DNA of 64,000 nt from Owenia fusiformis (lineage: Eukaryota): NCBI GenBank assembly GCA_903813345.2, contig CAIIXF020000001.1, positions 43,648,001 to 43,712,000 of the forward strand, written 5' to 3'. The position numbers were made by a program, and so were the translations under genes. The stretch's first letter is position 1. Each line of letters begins with the position of its first letter. Shown piece by piece: positions 47,601 to 62,600 of this stretch. Below the pieces are notes generated by a model that saw only the letters and a program-made list of their open reading frames with translations, was not told the origin of the DNA and ran no database searches.

Positions 47601-50600
47601 CTTAGGGCATTTGTATTCTTCACATTGACTTTGAACTTAGCCTGGATGCGCTGAGAATACAATTATAATATAATAATTTATTATGTTAAAACGTGATCTT
47701 CATTCTATCAGTAGAACAGCTTTCATTTCAAGGAAAATGAAGAAAGGGAAGAATGGGATTCAAGAAGTACTTCTCTTTAGAGAGATGATGGGGGGAGGGG
47801 TGTACAAGTGCTCAAAGCAAGACTAGTGTTTGAGGTGCAAAATACCATCACAGATGGTTTTGATGTGGGTTGGTTTTGGTTGTTTATATGATTTTATCTA
47901 CTATGTATAGAAAATGACATTATATGATAACTAGTTCCATATTTCATAGCTTCACTCTCTATAGGTCACCAGCACAATTATCCTACTGTTCATTTACCCC
48001 TTGAATGAGGACACTTAATGGGTTCAAGAAAATAATGATTTGATAATTGTTAGAAAGGTGCTTTTAGGATAAAGCTACACCTGTAACTATTGATGATACA
48101 TCAATATTTATTATATAGTTTTATGAAAATTATGTTTCATTTATTGAATCTTTTAAGGACATTTCTGAATGGAGCACACATAAATGTACTTAGGTGTTGC
48201 AAAACCATTTTCCTTGTCATGGTAAACTCATCTTATTCCTTCTTAGTTGCAGGTGTTATGACTACCAAAGTTGTTTATTTATTATGTTCATCATACAGGA
48301 GTTCCAAAGGAATTCATGACAGTCAAAACAATGAAAAACAAGTGCAAATTTATTAGAAATTTCAATTTTAACATGGAAAATATCTCAAAACAACAGGCAT
48401 TTTTTCTTGTTTCCTTCTGTTAATGAAACCTTTGTCCTGTATGGGTTTCTGGTAGAGCAATACAGGAAGTAATGTTCCTTGGAAATTCTGTATTAGGAAG
48501 CAAATGCCACATCATTCAGTGACAATTTCGGTAAATATATTGTGTTTCAATTATATAATAACTGTATTAGGATCTGTCAAATACTTTATATGAAAACCTG
48601 AGCAGGCAACATTAAATACCTTACTACCTTGCTAAAAAGGGGTAAACACATTCAAATTGCTTGAAATTGCATCTTCAAAATTGAGCTACTATCAGTATAT
48701 CCTTGAGAAGATTATTCAGCATCAACATTAATTCTGTTATTTCAATGACATTGACATAATCGTATGAGGAGGTATATTTTACCCAAAATTTTGCTCATTT
48801 ACCCGCCTCAACTTATATCAGTAGTACAAGATGATGGAAATATTATTTGACATGCTTAGATTATCTTAGTAGGTTTGTTGATAAGGAAAAGTGGAATCTT
48901 GAAGAGTATGGTCTGGCGTCTCGTAGGTTGATTTTATATATGAGTATGCTCTTTGTGAATTCAGCTTTTTCTGAACCTAGATTCAAGGTCGCTTATCATG
49001 GTTGTACTTATGGCTTGTGTATATTCATAGGAAGAGTGATAAGAGAGAAACTGGAATCAATCATATTTTATATGCAACATCTATATATTGTAAATGTACA
49101 GCATTACAGTAGGCTTTAGCATTTGTGGGAAAAGTAATTGGTAGGTCTGTGAAAATAATGCTTACATCACCATAATCTGTTACGTCTTTTCATAGGTTAG
49201 ATTACACTTTTGCTAAATTCATTATACTTGGTGATGTTCTTATGTATTCTAATCTATAATTTCATGAATATAGATTGCAATTCTGATGCCATATGAATTA
49301 AGGATCAACATGTCTTAAAGTCAAACAAGCCAGCGCTATTCAGTATTCAGTCAGTGCAGAAATATGACATTAATGTAGAATGATTTGTTATGTAATAAAA
49401 TTAGTTTTCTTACAAATGGTGTCTCATTGGTAAATGTTGCATTCAAAGCAAAATATCCCTAAAATCAGTGACTCATTTCATTCCTGAGATAATTTCCCAT
49501 AAGTCATAGGGATGAATATGTAATTGGGATGAATACAAATTCTAACTAAGTGTTTGGGGATATCAAGATTTTAAAGGCAGAATCTGATCTATAGGGGTGA
49601 CAAAATTACAAGCAACATGTATAATTGACCTACCAATCCATTCCTTACAATATCAAGTACAATATCTCCCAAAAGATTCACAATATGTTATAAATTGATG
49701 AAGTTATTAATGATTCAAAGTGCAAAAATGAGTGAAAAATGTTTAAATTCTCCCAAATAATAAGAATGGTAACCATTCTTATAAAAAAATAATACCTTAT
49801 TGTAAAAATCTTTAGTTTTCCTGGAATGAAGTATAAACTTTTGAGATTTTTAGAAAATAGACATGACAAGGAATGACATGAGCCAAAAATATTCTAAAAT
49901 TAAAACAATTTTTTTTTAGCCTGCTCGCTATATCTGATTCTCTCTTTAAGTTCTAAATATTGCAATAATAAAACTTGAAAGTACCCTATAGTACTATAAC
50001 ATGTACATGTCTGCATGTCATATTGTGTTTTTCCTGATTTTGAATCATGAGATTCAAAATGATTGCCCTGATAATCCATGAAATACTTTTCATAAACTTC
50101 AATCATAGCTGTATATGAAATGCAGCTCAGTGTTTTATTTGTAACATATTTGTTTTGTATTTGTACTGTATTTTTGCTATATTGCAGTGTTGTCCATATC
50201 GTGGTTGAAGATGTGGATGAGATGCCTCCAGTGTGGGACACAGAAGACCTGAAGATAATTAAAGTCACAGAGGGACAAATCATCGACAACATTATGCAGG
50301 TGAAAGCACATGATGGTGATCAGTCCCCAGAATATAGTTCCATCTGTGATTTCCAGATCCTTACGCCTAATGTTCCATTTACCATCAATAAGCAAGGTGA
50401 GTTGAATTAGATTATTCAGATGACATTTAAAAAGCTGATCGGGTTTGTAGTAATGTGATTTTCTCAGACTACCTCTTCTAACACTTTATAATAGACCATT
50501 ACACAGTAATATCTTGGCTTGTACTACAATCTGTTCTTTCAATACATATGGAATATATTTTGAAATGTTAATCTGCATTTGCAGAATATGATTAGTCTAC

Positions 50601-53600
50601 TGGAGAAGGATTTGATTTTTATGGATTTCTTTATTTATTGCAACTTAGGAATGAGGTCTTAAACAGATCTTAGATATTCCTCATTAATTGATAAACAAAA
50701 ATTACTGTGATAAACATTCTCTTTTATGAAGTTGTTTACTTAAATAAACAGTATTTTCACCCGATGGTTATAATGATCCAATGCATCGATTTGATAGTGT
50801 ATCTTAAAATTAAGTACTATTTAGAGGCAATACAGGTTGATAGATTGGTAAATGATATTACTGACATTCTAGTATGCATATCCCTTTCTGTGCCTATGGA
50901 AGGTATTAGACATAAAGCTTCAAATGACTTGTTTTTTTCAATTGCTGATCTATGTACCACTCATGTTCCTTTATAGGCTTCATTCCTTTATAATTAATAG
51001 AAAGCTACAGTGCTTCCTGGAACATATTTCATTATCTGAAAACGTGATGGATAACACTTGGAATTGAGAGATAGATTCAGTCCAAAAACAGGCTATAAAA
51101 TCCATAATCATTTTCAATCCACATTATATTGAATTGAGTCTAGATTGAATCTAAATGCCTTTCTGTTGGTACATTATTCTTTTATACAGATTAGCTGCGA
51201 TTAGCGGTTCTCACAACTGGGGACCCAAATGCCGCTAAAACGAGGGACTCTGTACAATAAAGCAATGCATCAACAGAAAGGCATTTTTGTTTTTTTGGTC
51301 TTGTTTTTAATGGGACAAGTTTAAAGAAAAATGGTGCAGTATGAGACTTACAATCCTTGATTTTCAGATACCTGGTAGGTCTAAAATTCAAATTAACAGT
51401 TGTAGTTGGTACCACATCTTTATGTATCTTGTAAGAGAAACTCCTGCTGCTATCTAGCTATCTGTATTAATTCAACTCATTGTATTAATTGATATCATAT
51501 CATTATGGGCTTCCATGCTTTACACTGCAAGAATTGATGCTGCCATTATGTAATAACCAAGGCACAGTTTTTTGTTTTTAATTGACTTCATAAAGTCTAC
51601 TTGCGTCCAATATGTCATGATTTTGTCTGGAGTATATCTGAAGAAAGCAATTTTTATTGACAGGTTAGTCTGCTCTGGTAAACCTTTTGCATCCGACCCC
51701 TAATTTGCTTGATAAATATTAGCGAAACAGATTTTTAGATTATATATTTGTTTGAAATGATAACAGACTTTTTGGCGCTTGTTTTGACTGTTATCGTGAA
51801 TACTGTATAATGTTAGGCGTCTAACACTGAAACCACAAGGCCTGGAGTTTCATAAAATGGATCGGCAATTTGAATAAACTTCTATTTGCACATATTTGCA
51901 TGAATATGACTAAAATAGAATAAACTACATTTAAAGCTGAGTTATTGATTTGTGTTGGGAGTATTATGTTCTTCATCAAGAATTGATTCTATAACATCAT
52001 TCATTAGTGTCTCTGATCAACTATTTCCTTGAATACTAATGAAAATCGTTAATATGAGGTAGCGATTTAATGTATACAAATCTGTGTAGAATTCAATCAT
52101 GTTTTGAACAGAAAATATGACCCAAACTCATCTAGTCAACAATCAAAAGATTAAAGATGTACAAATTGATGGAATTGAAATAATCCATAATCCTGGCATT
52201 TCTCTATGTTACTATGGTATTACTAGATATCAGACGAGTGGCACCAGTTACATTACTGATTGTCTGCTTTTGTAAACAGATTGTGTTCATTAATTGATAG
52301 AGATAAATTTAGATTATGCAAAACAGATAACAGGTAAAACCCATTCATCTGGTTGAGAACATTATGTATCTGTTGAGAACTGATTTCTAATCGATGAATG
52401 AGAAAATAATTTGTTAAAATTTCCATTATTACATCCTTCATATCAGTCCTTAGTGAGTTGCTATAGATTTGTATCCTTGCTAGGGAGTAGGTTTATTGCT
52501 GGCATGACTGGAGAGGCAGTTTTAGTAATTATTTTATAGAACATCATTGGTCTTCTAAGTATATCTTTGCAATGTACGTTTGCTCTACTATATCTGCTGT
52601 GTGGTCTCTCTGAACATATATGATTGTCGTCCTATGTTCCAGGTGTTCTTAGTAATACAGAGAAGTTGGACTATAGCAAGCAGAACACCTACATCCTAGA
52701 GGTGAAGGCAGAGGACTGTGGACACAAGCTGTCCGCTCCACTCAGGATTAACATCCAGGTAGAGGAGCTCTGCAGACCAGGATGGACAGGTATGTTACAC
52801 AAATAATTAATGAAGAGGGACTATCTGAAGTCATTGGATTTATCCTTGTTTATTATGACACATAACTAATAAGGGGAGGAGGAGGTTTACAAGAAGTGTC
52901 AGGATTTCTTATAATTTTTGTTGTTTTGTAAAGCCTCACATTTCAGGGGGCTTCTATTATCCTTTTTTGATCAACCCAACAGATGTAAAGTTGTGTGAAA
53001 TTTTATATCTTATGAATTTATACCTTATATTTTCAGGATCATTGTACCTCCTTGAAGCAGATTACTTCAAAATTGAATGTTATTGGGAAAACTTGCCAAT
53101 TGTCACTAAATTGAGTATTCATACAAAAAACACCATATCATTATGTTAGATCTCTCATTGTTGTGAATTCTGACATGAATAGTTTCTATAAAGTGTCTGG
53201 ATGAATGCTATAAGCTATATAACAATGCATTAGAACTAGACATGGTACTAAACATGTCAATTTTCGTGAGAAGGGCCATGTTGATTCAGTAAGAACCCCT
53301 CTAGAACATTTTCTTTCAGAAAAATTAATTATTTTGGCAAAGTGATATTTTTGAAGAGCTTTGTGGTTTGGCATGTTCCTCAAGTAGACCATACATTAAA
53401 CTTGGCCTGGGGTGCTCTCAAATTAGTTGGTAAGAAGCCATAATTTTGAATACTTCAAGGAATCCTTGAAAATATATACTTCAGTTCCAAGATAAATTGT
53501 GATCCTTAGAGGGAGGTCAGATAGGGAGTCTTGGAAGGAAATTCCAGCATATTAAACTCACACATATTAAGCTGGAATTTCTGTGTTTTATACATTCATC

Positions 53601-56600
53601 TCCTGCTTATGAATATATCCAATATCCCATTAATTCATCAAAAATGGTTGATTAAAAACCTATTGTGGCTCATCGATTATGTCTATATGAGACCTGACTG
53701 CTGTGTTGATGGTTGAAATTCCCTGTGGATCATGAACCGTGGAGAGATCTAGATCAACACTGAAAATAAAATGGTTTATTTCTGCCCTAATTGATGCATG
53801 GGAATGTGTGAGCAATTCAATCCTTGATGTCCAATTTGTGCCATCATTATCGCATGTTGAAACTATTGCTTTGGTAAATTGTATTGTCGTATTTAATATA
53901 TTGACGTAAGCCAATTAATGATATGACATTTTGATTTGACAAAAGCCAATAAAGGTTCAGTGTTCAGAAATATCATGACTTGAATAATAAGGCTCAAACT
54001 ATTCCATATGTCGAGTATATTTTTAAAGATTTTGCAGTGAATAATTTGATACGTATATAAACTTTTTTGAATCTTAGAATATTAAGCAAGACTTTCTGAT
54101 CAGTTTGTGGTAAAATGCAATACTTCACAAGATATTTCATCCAATGAACGTTCTTTCATTAAAAGCCTTGATTTTCATTCTAAGCAGGGGATTTACAGAG
54201 AGCTTAGAAAAAATCCATATAAACACTTGTATTTTTGTAATTCTCTAATGTAGGAGATATTATTTCAAACATTTGCAACAACTTGATGATATTGAGATAA
54301 AATGCCAGCAGGAACAGACTTTGTATCTAGAATAGCAAGTGAAAACATTCATTATTTACATAAACCCTAATAACTCTAATGTTCTGATATCTAGGTTGGG
54401 TGAATTTCATCCATTTTGATATTCATCACATTTTCTATTTTGCAACTACACTGTATAAAGAACACTGATATGAGGATCTGATTTCTCACAATCTGTTACA
54501 TGAGGTACTAAAATAATATAATATTGCAGTATATGATTTAAGGGGATATTAATAATTGAGTTGTGAGTAGGTCCTTATGTTGGCCATAACAACATTGTTC
54601 TTGCAACATGCTAATCTTGTCTATTTTTATTTTATTACTCATTTGGGGAACATGGATCTCATAATAAATAAGATTGATAGCTTTCTATGATGTGGAAATC
54701 TACCCACTTCGATATACTGTGGTTTTTACAAAATCATGTACAGTAAAACTTGTCAAGGTGGAACACTTTATTTTATTTCTTTATTAGTTCATTTTACATT
54801 AAGTCAGTTGGTCTTGGGACTGCGAAAGGTGTCCTAACATAGGTGTTCTACTTCTTAAAGTGTTCCACTTTTCAGGTTTCACTGTTCCAAGTATAAAAAT
54901 GTATTTCTATGGTTTTTGATTAACACAAGAAATTTGATATCTTTGAAATCTAAGATTAGACCTCACAGACATCGTACATGATGAGAGGCATTGTTAAAAT
55001 AGTGATAAACAATAAAAACAATACCTAGATCATGATATGACGTCAATCGAGATCTCGGTATATTGATAGATAAAGAGAATCGTATCAGACTTATTGTAAT
55101 TTTAGTACATATGGCTATGATATACAGTCTATTACTGAAAGCTAGTCCACGACATGCTACTTCCATGGGTTCAAATCTGAAAAATCAATATAATAAACCC
55201 GGATAGCATTTCATAGTTCCTCAGTGCAACCTTCATTACTCATTTCATAGAATTATCACAAAAAGGCTGGATAATTCCGATTTGTGAGATGTAAATATTG
55301 TGTAGGTATGTAAATTTCAGTATATAATACAAACATTTGTCTGGTATAGGCCTTATCCCATGAGGGCATCTATGTAAATAAAATGGTCGCTTGATATTGA
55401 TTTCTCAAGAGTAGATTTCCCAGCTGGCTTTCTGAGAATGAAACACTGTCTTGACTCATGCCTCCTTGCAGTTTCTATCATCATTTATTAGGTTTCTGTT
55501 GGTCATTGTTTAGTTACTTAACATGAAAATTAGAAGAACTCTTGGGTCCTCAGGTTAATCAAACATACCATTCACTTGGAATATGTGGCTTGAAATGAAG
55601 GTTACCATCACCTTTTAGATTAGCAATATGGCAAAGTGTCTTTATTCTCCATGGGGAAATTGAGTGTGGGTGGGAGGAAGGGAAGTCTTCCTGCTGGACA
55701 ACATTGATGTTTGAACAACATAGAAATAAATATAGCATAGCAAGATGAGTTAATATCTTATATATTTGTTAAAGTTATATATTTGTATTATGTTAATTCT
55801 GTCTAAAGTGAACATAGCTGTTGGCAGACTAAGGTGTTCACATTGAGAGGTTTTCACATTTTGAGTATCTAACAGTAAAATGGCATATGAATAGGTCATT
55901 TGTTACATAATTAAATTTTCCATTGTCTGTTTATGACGTCACATAAATGTATACATGCTGTTATATTTTGAAAAAGACTAAGGGATATTAGTCGAAAGTC
56001 TCAATAAATTAAAAATATCCTCTGAAGTAAAGAATTTGACTTGTTTCTGACATACAGTTGCTGTTTAACTGAAATATAGCATATTTACTGCAGCTTGCCA
56101 AACCATTAGCAAGATAATGACCCTCTTAGGATTAGAGGAATACCCAGACAATCTTGTTAAAATAATATTGATCCAATTTAGCAAAATGTTACCCTGAATT
56201 ACTATCAGCATTAGCCTCTGACTATTACATGTATATATGTGATGTTACCTGTTTCATGCCAGTCTGAAATGTAGGTTTCATGATAATTTTGGTGGATTTT
56301 TGAACTTCTTTTGATTTTGTGAGGAATCATAGATTAGATATAGGCTCAATCAACAAATTATATCTAACTTTAAGAGTCTTTACAATTCAATGTTATGCCC
56401 TTGCCAAGTGTAGAAACATTGCATTAATATTTGATTATAGTTTATAGTGGAATAACATACATGCACATTGTGCCAATATGATCTGCAGCGAGTAAATGTA
56501 TTGGAGTGTTTTCATTCTATTCATAAGTTGAAGACTTTGGCATACACTTTTAATCTGATATGTTCCTTGCTAATTTTCGAAGATATAAGTTCATGTACAT

Positions 56601-59600
56601 ATAAGCAACAACTCTACTTCAGAACTGGTGCTTGTATTTTGCATGTGGGACTGAGAGAACAAAACATAAACACCTATATGAGTCACTTTATTAGTTTCAT
56701 ACAATATCTGTGTCTGGATTTGCGGTACATACCCACAAATTGATGTAGAGATGCATTATTTAGTGACGATTCAACTGACTATAATAATACAATATTGATC
56801 AACTAGATAAATAGCTACACTTACTGCTTCTCTATGTTTCTTTGTGCATCTCTATTGATTAGCCATACAGGCCATTGATTAATCAACTATGATTCAGTAG
56901 TTTCTCTGTTGTTACATTGTCTTTTCACACATGTGTAGGTTGACATTATGAAACCATGTCAGGTTATCCCTAGGACAGACATTTATAGTTTCTAGTATAG
57001 TTAACTCTGTATATCCGAACACCTTTCTAATGTGAACACTTTAATATAAACATTTTCTCAGTTCTATTTTTTGCTTAATCTGCCATAGGCTTCTGTGTTA
57101 AAAAACTCAATGTGTGAACACCTGCCGATCAAAACACTTTTGACTGGACCCAGTAGAATTTGAATAAGACAGGTTTTATTTATAGTTTTTAACACATGAT
57201 TTTTTTCATGTTACCGCTTAAGCTACATTGTATAACTGAGCCTCTTAGAGCAGCTGGTCAATGGCATTACAATGTTACCAATGTTATGATTGGTGGTATA
57301 TTTATTGAAAATATCAGCTTGTTTATATTAAAATGTACTTGGTCTGATTGCTTCTTGATTTGGCTGATAGTAGATTTGATAGAGAAGTTTACCATAAGTC
57401 ACTCAACATCGTTGTATTCCTCTAAGTATAAGTTAAGTTGTTTCTTGCCGACTTTTACATAAGCTGCAAAATTTAAAAAATTATGTACATGTATATTCAT
57501 CTGTTGGGTTAACTTAACTTTGAATTATTTAGGTAATTTACAATTGCCTCCCTTATTTGCAGAATTCCAGGACAATCTTAACACAAGTTTAAATAACATG
57601 GAAAACTTTGAGGGTCCTCACATATTAGAAGTCATAATGTCAGACAGCCAGTTGGTTGTAATTCCAATAAAGATAACTCCCTTGCTTCTTTAAAGCATTT
57701 GGTGCTTTTAAGCTCACATGGTGGGCTATTGTTATCGCCCACTTGTCTTGTTTAATGTATTTAATGCTTTGTTTTACAGGTATCCCAGAGAGAGTGGATT
57801 ACATCCCAGGCAGTGGTGTTACCCCCCTATTCCCCCAGACTTCACTGAACCTGTGTGGTCAGACTTGTGAGAAACAGAACGTCAAAGCCTTGCTGAGGCT
57901 GCAGACACGACACATTGGCAAGGGGTGTGATAGAGACACATACTCAATCCAGTCACAGAGAAAACTATGTGGTAAGGCTTGGCATTTACATTTTTTATAT
58001 ATACATTTACTTTTGAACATTTGATTTTATGATGATCATTTCAAATAGCTTTTCAGATTGATTCTTGGAAAATATAACTCTTGTATGTTCAATATATAGA
58101 AGATAAAGCTTGATTGTGAAGAAGCAAAAGCAAAATAGACATTTCATATTGATCATTATTTATAACACTTTTGATACATGAATTATCACGAATATGTAAC
58201 ATGTGATCAATACTCCCTCAATAAATTGGGTTGTACATCTTGATCTATCAAGGTAGTTCACCTAAATACAACACTTTTCAAATTACTAATTGAAACAATT
58301 CTGAAGGAAGGCTCAGAAATGGTTAAAATATATTTCATGATTTCCAAAGCCTGTTGAAGTGTGTTATTGATAGAATATTCAAAGGTCTAACCTTATGTAT
58401 GTATGTTGTGTATTATCAGGTGCAAGTGATGGTGTAGTAGACCTATTACCATCTCCTCAAATGAGCCCCTGGAAGGTCAGTCTCCCTTCAGATGACGGAG
58501 ATGCTTCTGACAGGATCTATGCATTTGATGGCAAATCAAATTTCGAGGAGATTCCTAACAACAAGGTTGAACATACATTGACTGATAAGTTCACAATTGC
58601 AACATGGATGCGACATGAAGATCTAAAAGATGATAGATCACCACATGGCAAAAAGGAGACAATCCTTTGTAACTCTGACGCTGAAGGTATGATAAGATTT
58701 TTTAAATTTCTAATTACCCAACATAGACATTTAAGATGCGAAACAATATATTATTTGCTTTATATTATTTTGCAGTATTCTCAATATTCTATAGTTGGTC
58801 AAACAGGTTTCTTGAAATGTATGATTGAAAATTATTTTTATCTTGGGTATCTCTAATATCTATATCAGTTCAAACACTGGCCTTTCCAGAGCCCTAGTGT
58901 TATTAGATGCTATTTGGTAGATTGCTCAATGTCAATGTGACATAGATATTCCCATCCAGGATTAATAAATCATAGCAACTCTCAAAATATGAATTCACCA
59001 GTTGATTAAAAAATAGCACAGTACTGTCTAATTGACAACTGGATTTATGTTAATAATGAATATTAATACATTTCTAGCTATGGACCGTCACCACTACTCT
59101 CTGTTTGTGCACAAGTGCCGTCTTGTTTTCCTATTACGTAGAGAGTACACACCTGAGGAATACAACACATTCAAACCTGCAGAGTGGAGATGGAACATCC
59201 CACAGATATGTGATGGTGATTGGCATCACTATGCCATCTCAGTTGATACTCTACAGAAGGTAAGGCTATCATTTATAACAATGCTGTTTTACATAAATCG
59301 TCAGCTTCTATTCACCAAAAAGAGCGAATTTAGGATCTTTGAAATTTATTTGATGACATTTTGTTTTATGATTTGACCTGTTCTCTATTTCCTTTTGCAT
59401 TATAATTCAAAGATTAAGCCTTATTGTATTCATCGTGATTTCTATCTCCAATTTCATCACATTTGAAGAACCTCATTCAAATTTTGGCCACTCACATTAT
59501 TCTACACGTACAGATAGTATCATTTAATTAGCAACTTGGATATTATATCATATCTCATTTGTGAATGAATAGTTTCATGTTCCAACTTGTGATAACTAAT

Positions 59601-62600
59601 AGTATGTTGGTATAATATAACTCATCAGGTTTTGGCTCCTACATAGCCCATAATTGATTTCATGATTGGGTCATCAATTTTCCAATTTAATGTGTTGCTC
59701 TCACACCTTTCAATAGACTTAAAAGCTTGCCAATTACTGTTATTATATAAATTATAATAAAAATAATAATTATATCTTCATGTGATATTCTATCTATAAC
59801 TTGCAACCAACTAACCGATTTGCTGTCTGTTGTATTTATAAATATGATGTATATTTAGTGTTTTGACACATTGTATTCAAAGCTATATTCTTATATGTTT
59901 AGGTGAAGCTTTTGGTGGATGGTAAAGTGATAGTTTCTCAGAAAAACAACCCAGAGATCATTGATGACTGGCCACTTCACAAGACGACAAAGGTCCACAG
60001 CACCAAGCTCGTTGTAGGAGCTGCATGGCAAGGTAATGACACTTAATGTTAAGTTTGATGTGAAGTTGAACCTGTTGAACTAATTTATGCAACATTGCAT
60101 TTAATTCCTGGAGGGTAAACTTTGATGTGTTCTGATTGAATTCAGTGTTCCTCATCTTTTAAATGACTTAATAACTTACATGCTTTGATCGTGGTAAAAA
60201 GGGTAATCGACAAGTAGTTGAATTTTTCATGCGTAAGGCTCTTAATTAGGTAACCAAGTCTCATTGAGACATCAGTCAATGTTCCTAAAAGTCATCACCC
60301 TTTATAAAAAATACTCAAGATTTGATGAATGATATCATTTTCTTTAGGCAAAGAGAAGCGAATGGGCCAGTTCTTTAATGGTTACCTGGCTGGACTTTCC
60401 ATACTTCGTGGCAAAACAGAGAGTGACAGTGTCATCAAATGTCTCAACAACTGCCAGGAGAAACTTGACTTCCATGCTATGGATGAGATGGATACAGGAA
60501 TGGTGAGATCATTCAGAATTTAAGAGCATTTATTCCTATTTGTTCACCAGGAGTAAAAATATTCTGATTTCAGTTGCCTTGTGCACAATGTAATAATGGT
60601 CATATGTTAACATTATTGAATGTACAATTTACAAAATGTGATGGTCTCAGCTGATGTATTGCTTCTTAAATTACCTTCTCAATTAAACTGGTCTGAAAAA
60701 TTGGTTGAAAGAATTGTTGAATGATGTGAACATTCGAGCCATAGTCTTTATCTATTGAAAATATACAGGGTGGTATTGTATAACATATACAACATAAAGG
60801 GTGATCACTGAATAGCGTTCTACATATAATATTGTTGTTATGTTTCAGTCTATAATGTTTGACAGTGAAATGACTGAGATTACTATTGAAGGAAAGGATG
60901 TAAACAAAGTACATAACTTGATGCGTAAAGTTGGATACATGAACTCTCGCCTTTTCCCAACTCCTGGATTCAGGAACATCAAGCTGGAGACAACTGTCTC
61001 GTAAGTATGAAATAAATTATTTGCATTTAATGCAGTAAATACAGAGTATTTTGTTTTTGCCATAAACATAATTAGATGTTTATCTTGTGATTTGATTAAT
61101 TGCATTCTACCCGGAAGCAATATTATTCACTGATATAAAACTACAATTGTAAAATGTAAATTATATTGTACAACAATATGTCACCACCACTAGAGGTCTC
61201 CAACTTTTTGGTGGCAGCGGTTGGTTTTTGATGGTATGTGTTTGACAGTAGGTTTTTGGCAGTCGGTGTTTGGTGTCTGGTTATGTGACTTTGTTGAACC
61301 TTTCAATGGGTGCTCTTGTATGTAACATCAAAATACTTGTAATGTTGCAATATTTGCTGAATATTGCAGGTGCCTAGGTGATACCGACATCAAGCTGACT
61401 GCTATCGACAGCATGGTTGTTGTACAAGAGGCCCGTAAGCCCACCATCACAATCAGTGGCATCACCAGTATTACAGATGAGGAGCTTACCTTCCCACATG
61501 GCAAGAGAATCTTCAAGGACATCAACATTGTCAGCAGAGTGAAGGATGATGAGAGCGAGGAGGAGGAAGAAGACAATGAACTTGGTAAGCTATGTTTTTA
61601 TCAAAAATATTTTTTACATAGTATATATTATATTCAGATATTGAGTATTCCATGAATTGCATATTTCTTTCCTATGTGTTCTAGCAACATCAGATTCTTT
61701 CCACTGCTTCATTCTCCAACTATGATAATATAAACCTTTCTAGTTCTGATATTTGCAATCCAGATTTCTGATGTGCAATACAAAGATACCTGCAGATAGT
61801 GCTTACTGTCTAACTCGAAAACATAATAAAAAGAGGCATACTCTATTTTCCTTTAAATTCATACATTTCTCTTACACTTGCAGAAACAACTGAGTTTGTA
61901 TATGACCAACTAGATGCTTGCATGATCAAGGTGGACCCTCCTTTGAAGCAGGGTGTTGAGACACTTGACTGGCCCAAGATGCTAGTGGCTGACAAGGGAA
62001 TGTACATCACTACAAGTGATAAAGGCCTCACAATCTCAGGTAAGATCTTGTATGATTATACAAATAAACATGTAATATGTCTCATATAGTATGACTCAGT
62101 ATTGGTTTCAATATTAGATAATAAAATTGAGGTATGCATAATGGCATAGTTTGTGAACGATTTCAATGTTGTATTTCATATGCAATCCATTGTAATAAAT
62201 TCCATGGATATAAATGTATCGCTTCAACTCTGAAATGCTGAATGATGGTCTTCTTAAATTTCTTTTAGTTCTAGTAGACTGCAATAATTATTATATAAGT
62301 TGTGTCATACTTGCAGGCTCTGACAAGATCTACAACTATGAAGATGTTTTGAGACTTGTCCACTATGCTAACATCAAGCCCAAGAACTACAACACTAAGA
62401 CATTCTCCCTGAAGTGCACAGAACAAGATGGAAGATTCCAGAGCAATGAATTCAAAGTAAAAGTAAGTGCACAAACACTTTGATATGTCAATCTTGTTGT
62501 ATCAAATGATTTTGAAGATAAGGGTAACTCACTGATGATTAATCAGAATCAGATGGAAATAAGCTCAATTGAAGGAATATTGTCTCTATTATTGGACATA

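Noticed and set aside
57706..57745. HINE-like 5' hairpin fragment (AGCTCACATGGTGGGCT)
   Set aside because: Too short; no microsatellite or 3' end to support an element call.
61328..62474. Minus-strand ORFs overlapping calsyntenin exons
   Set aside because: Antisense shadows of real coding exons.
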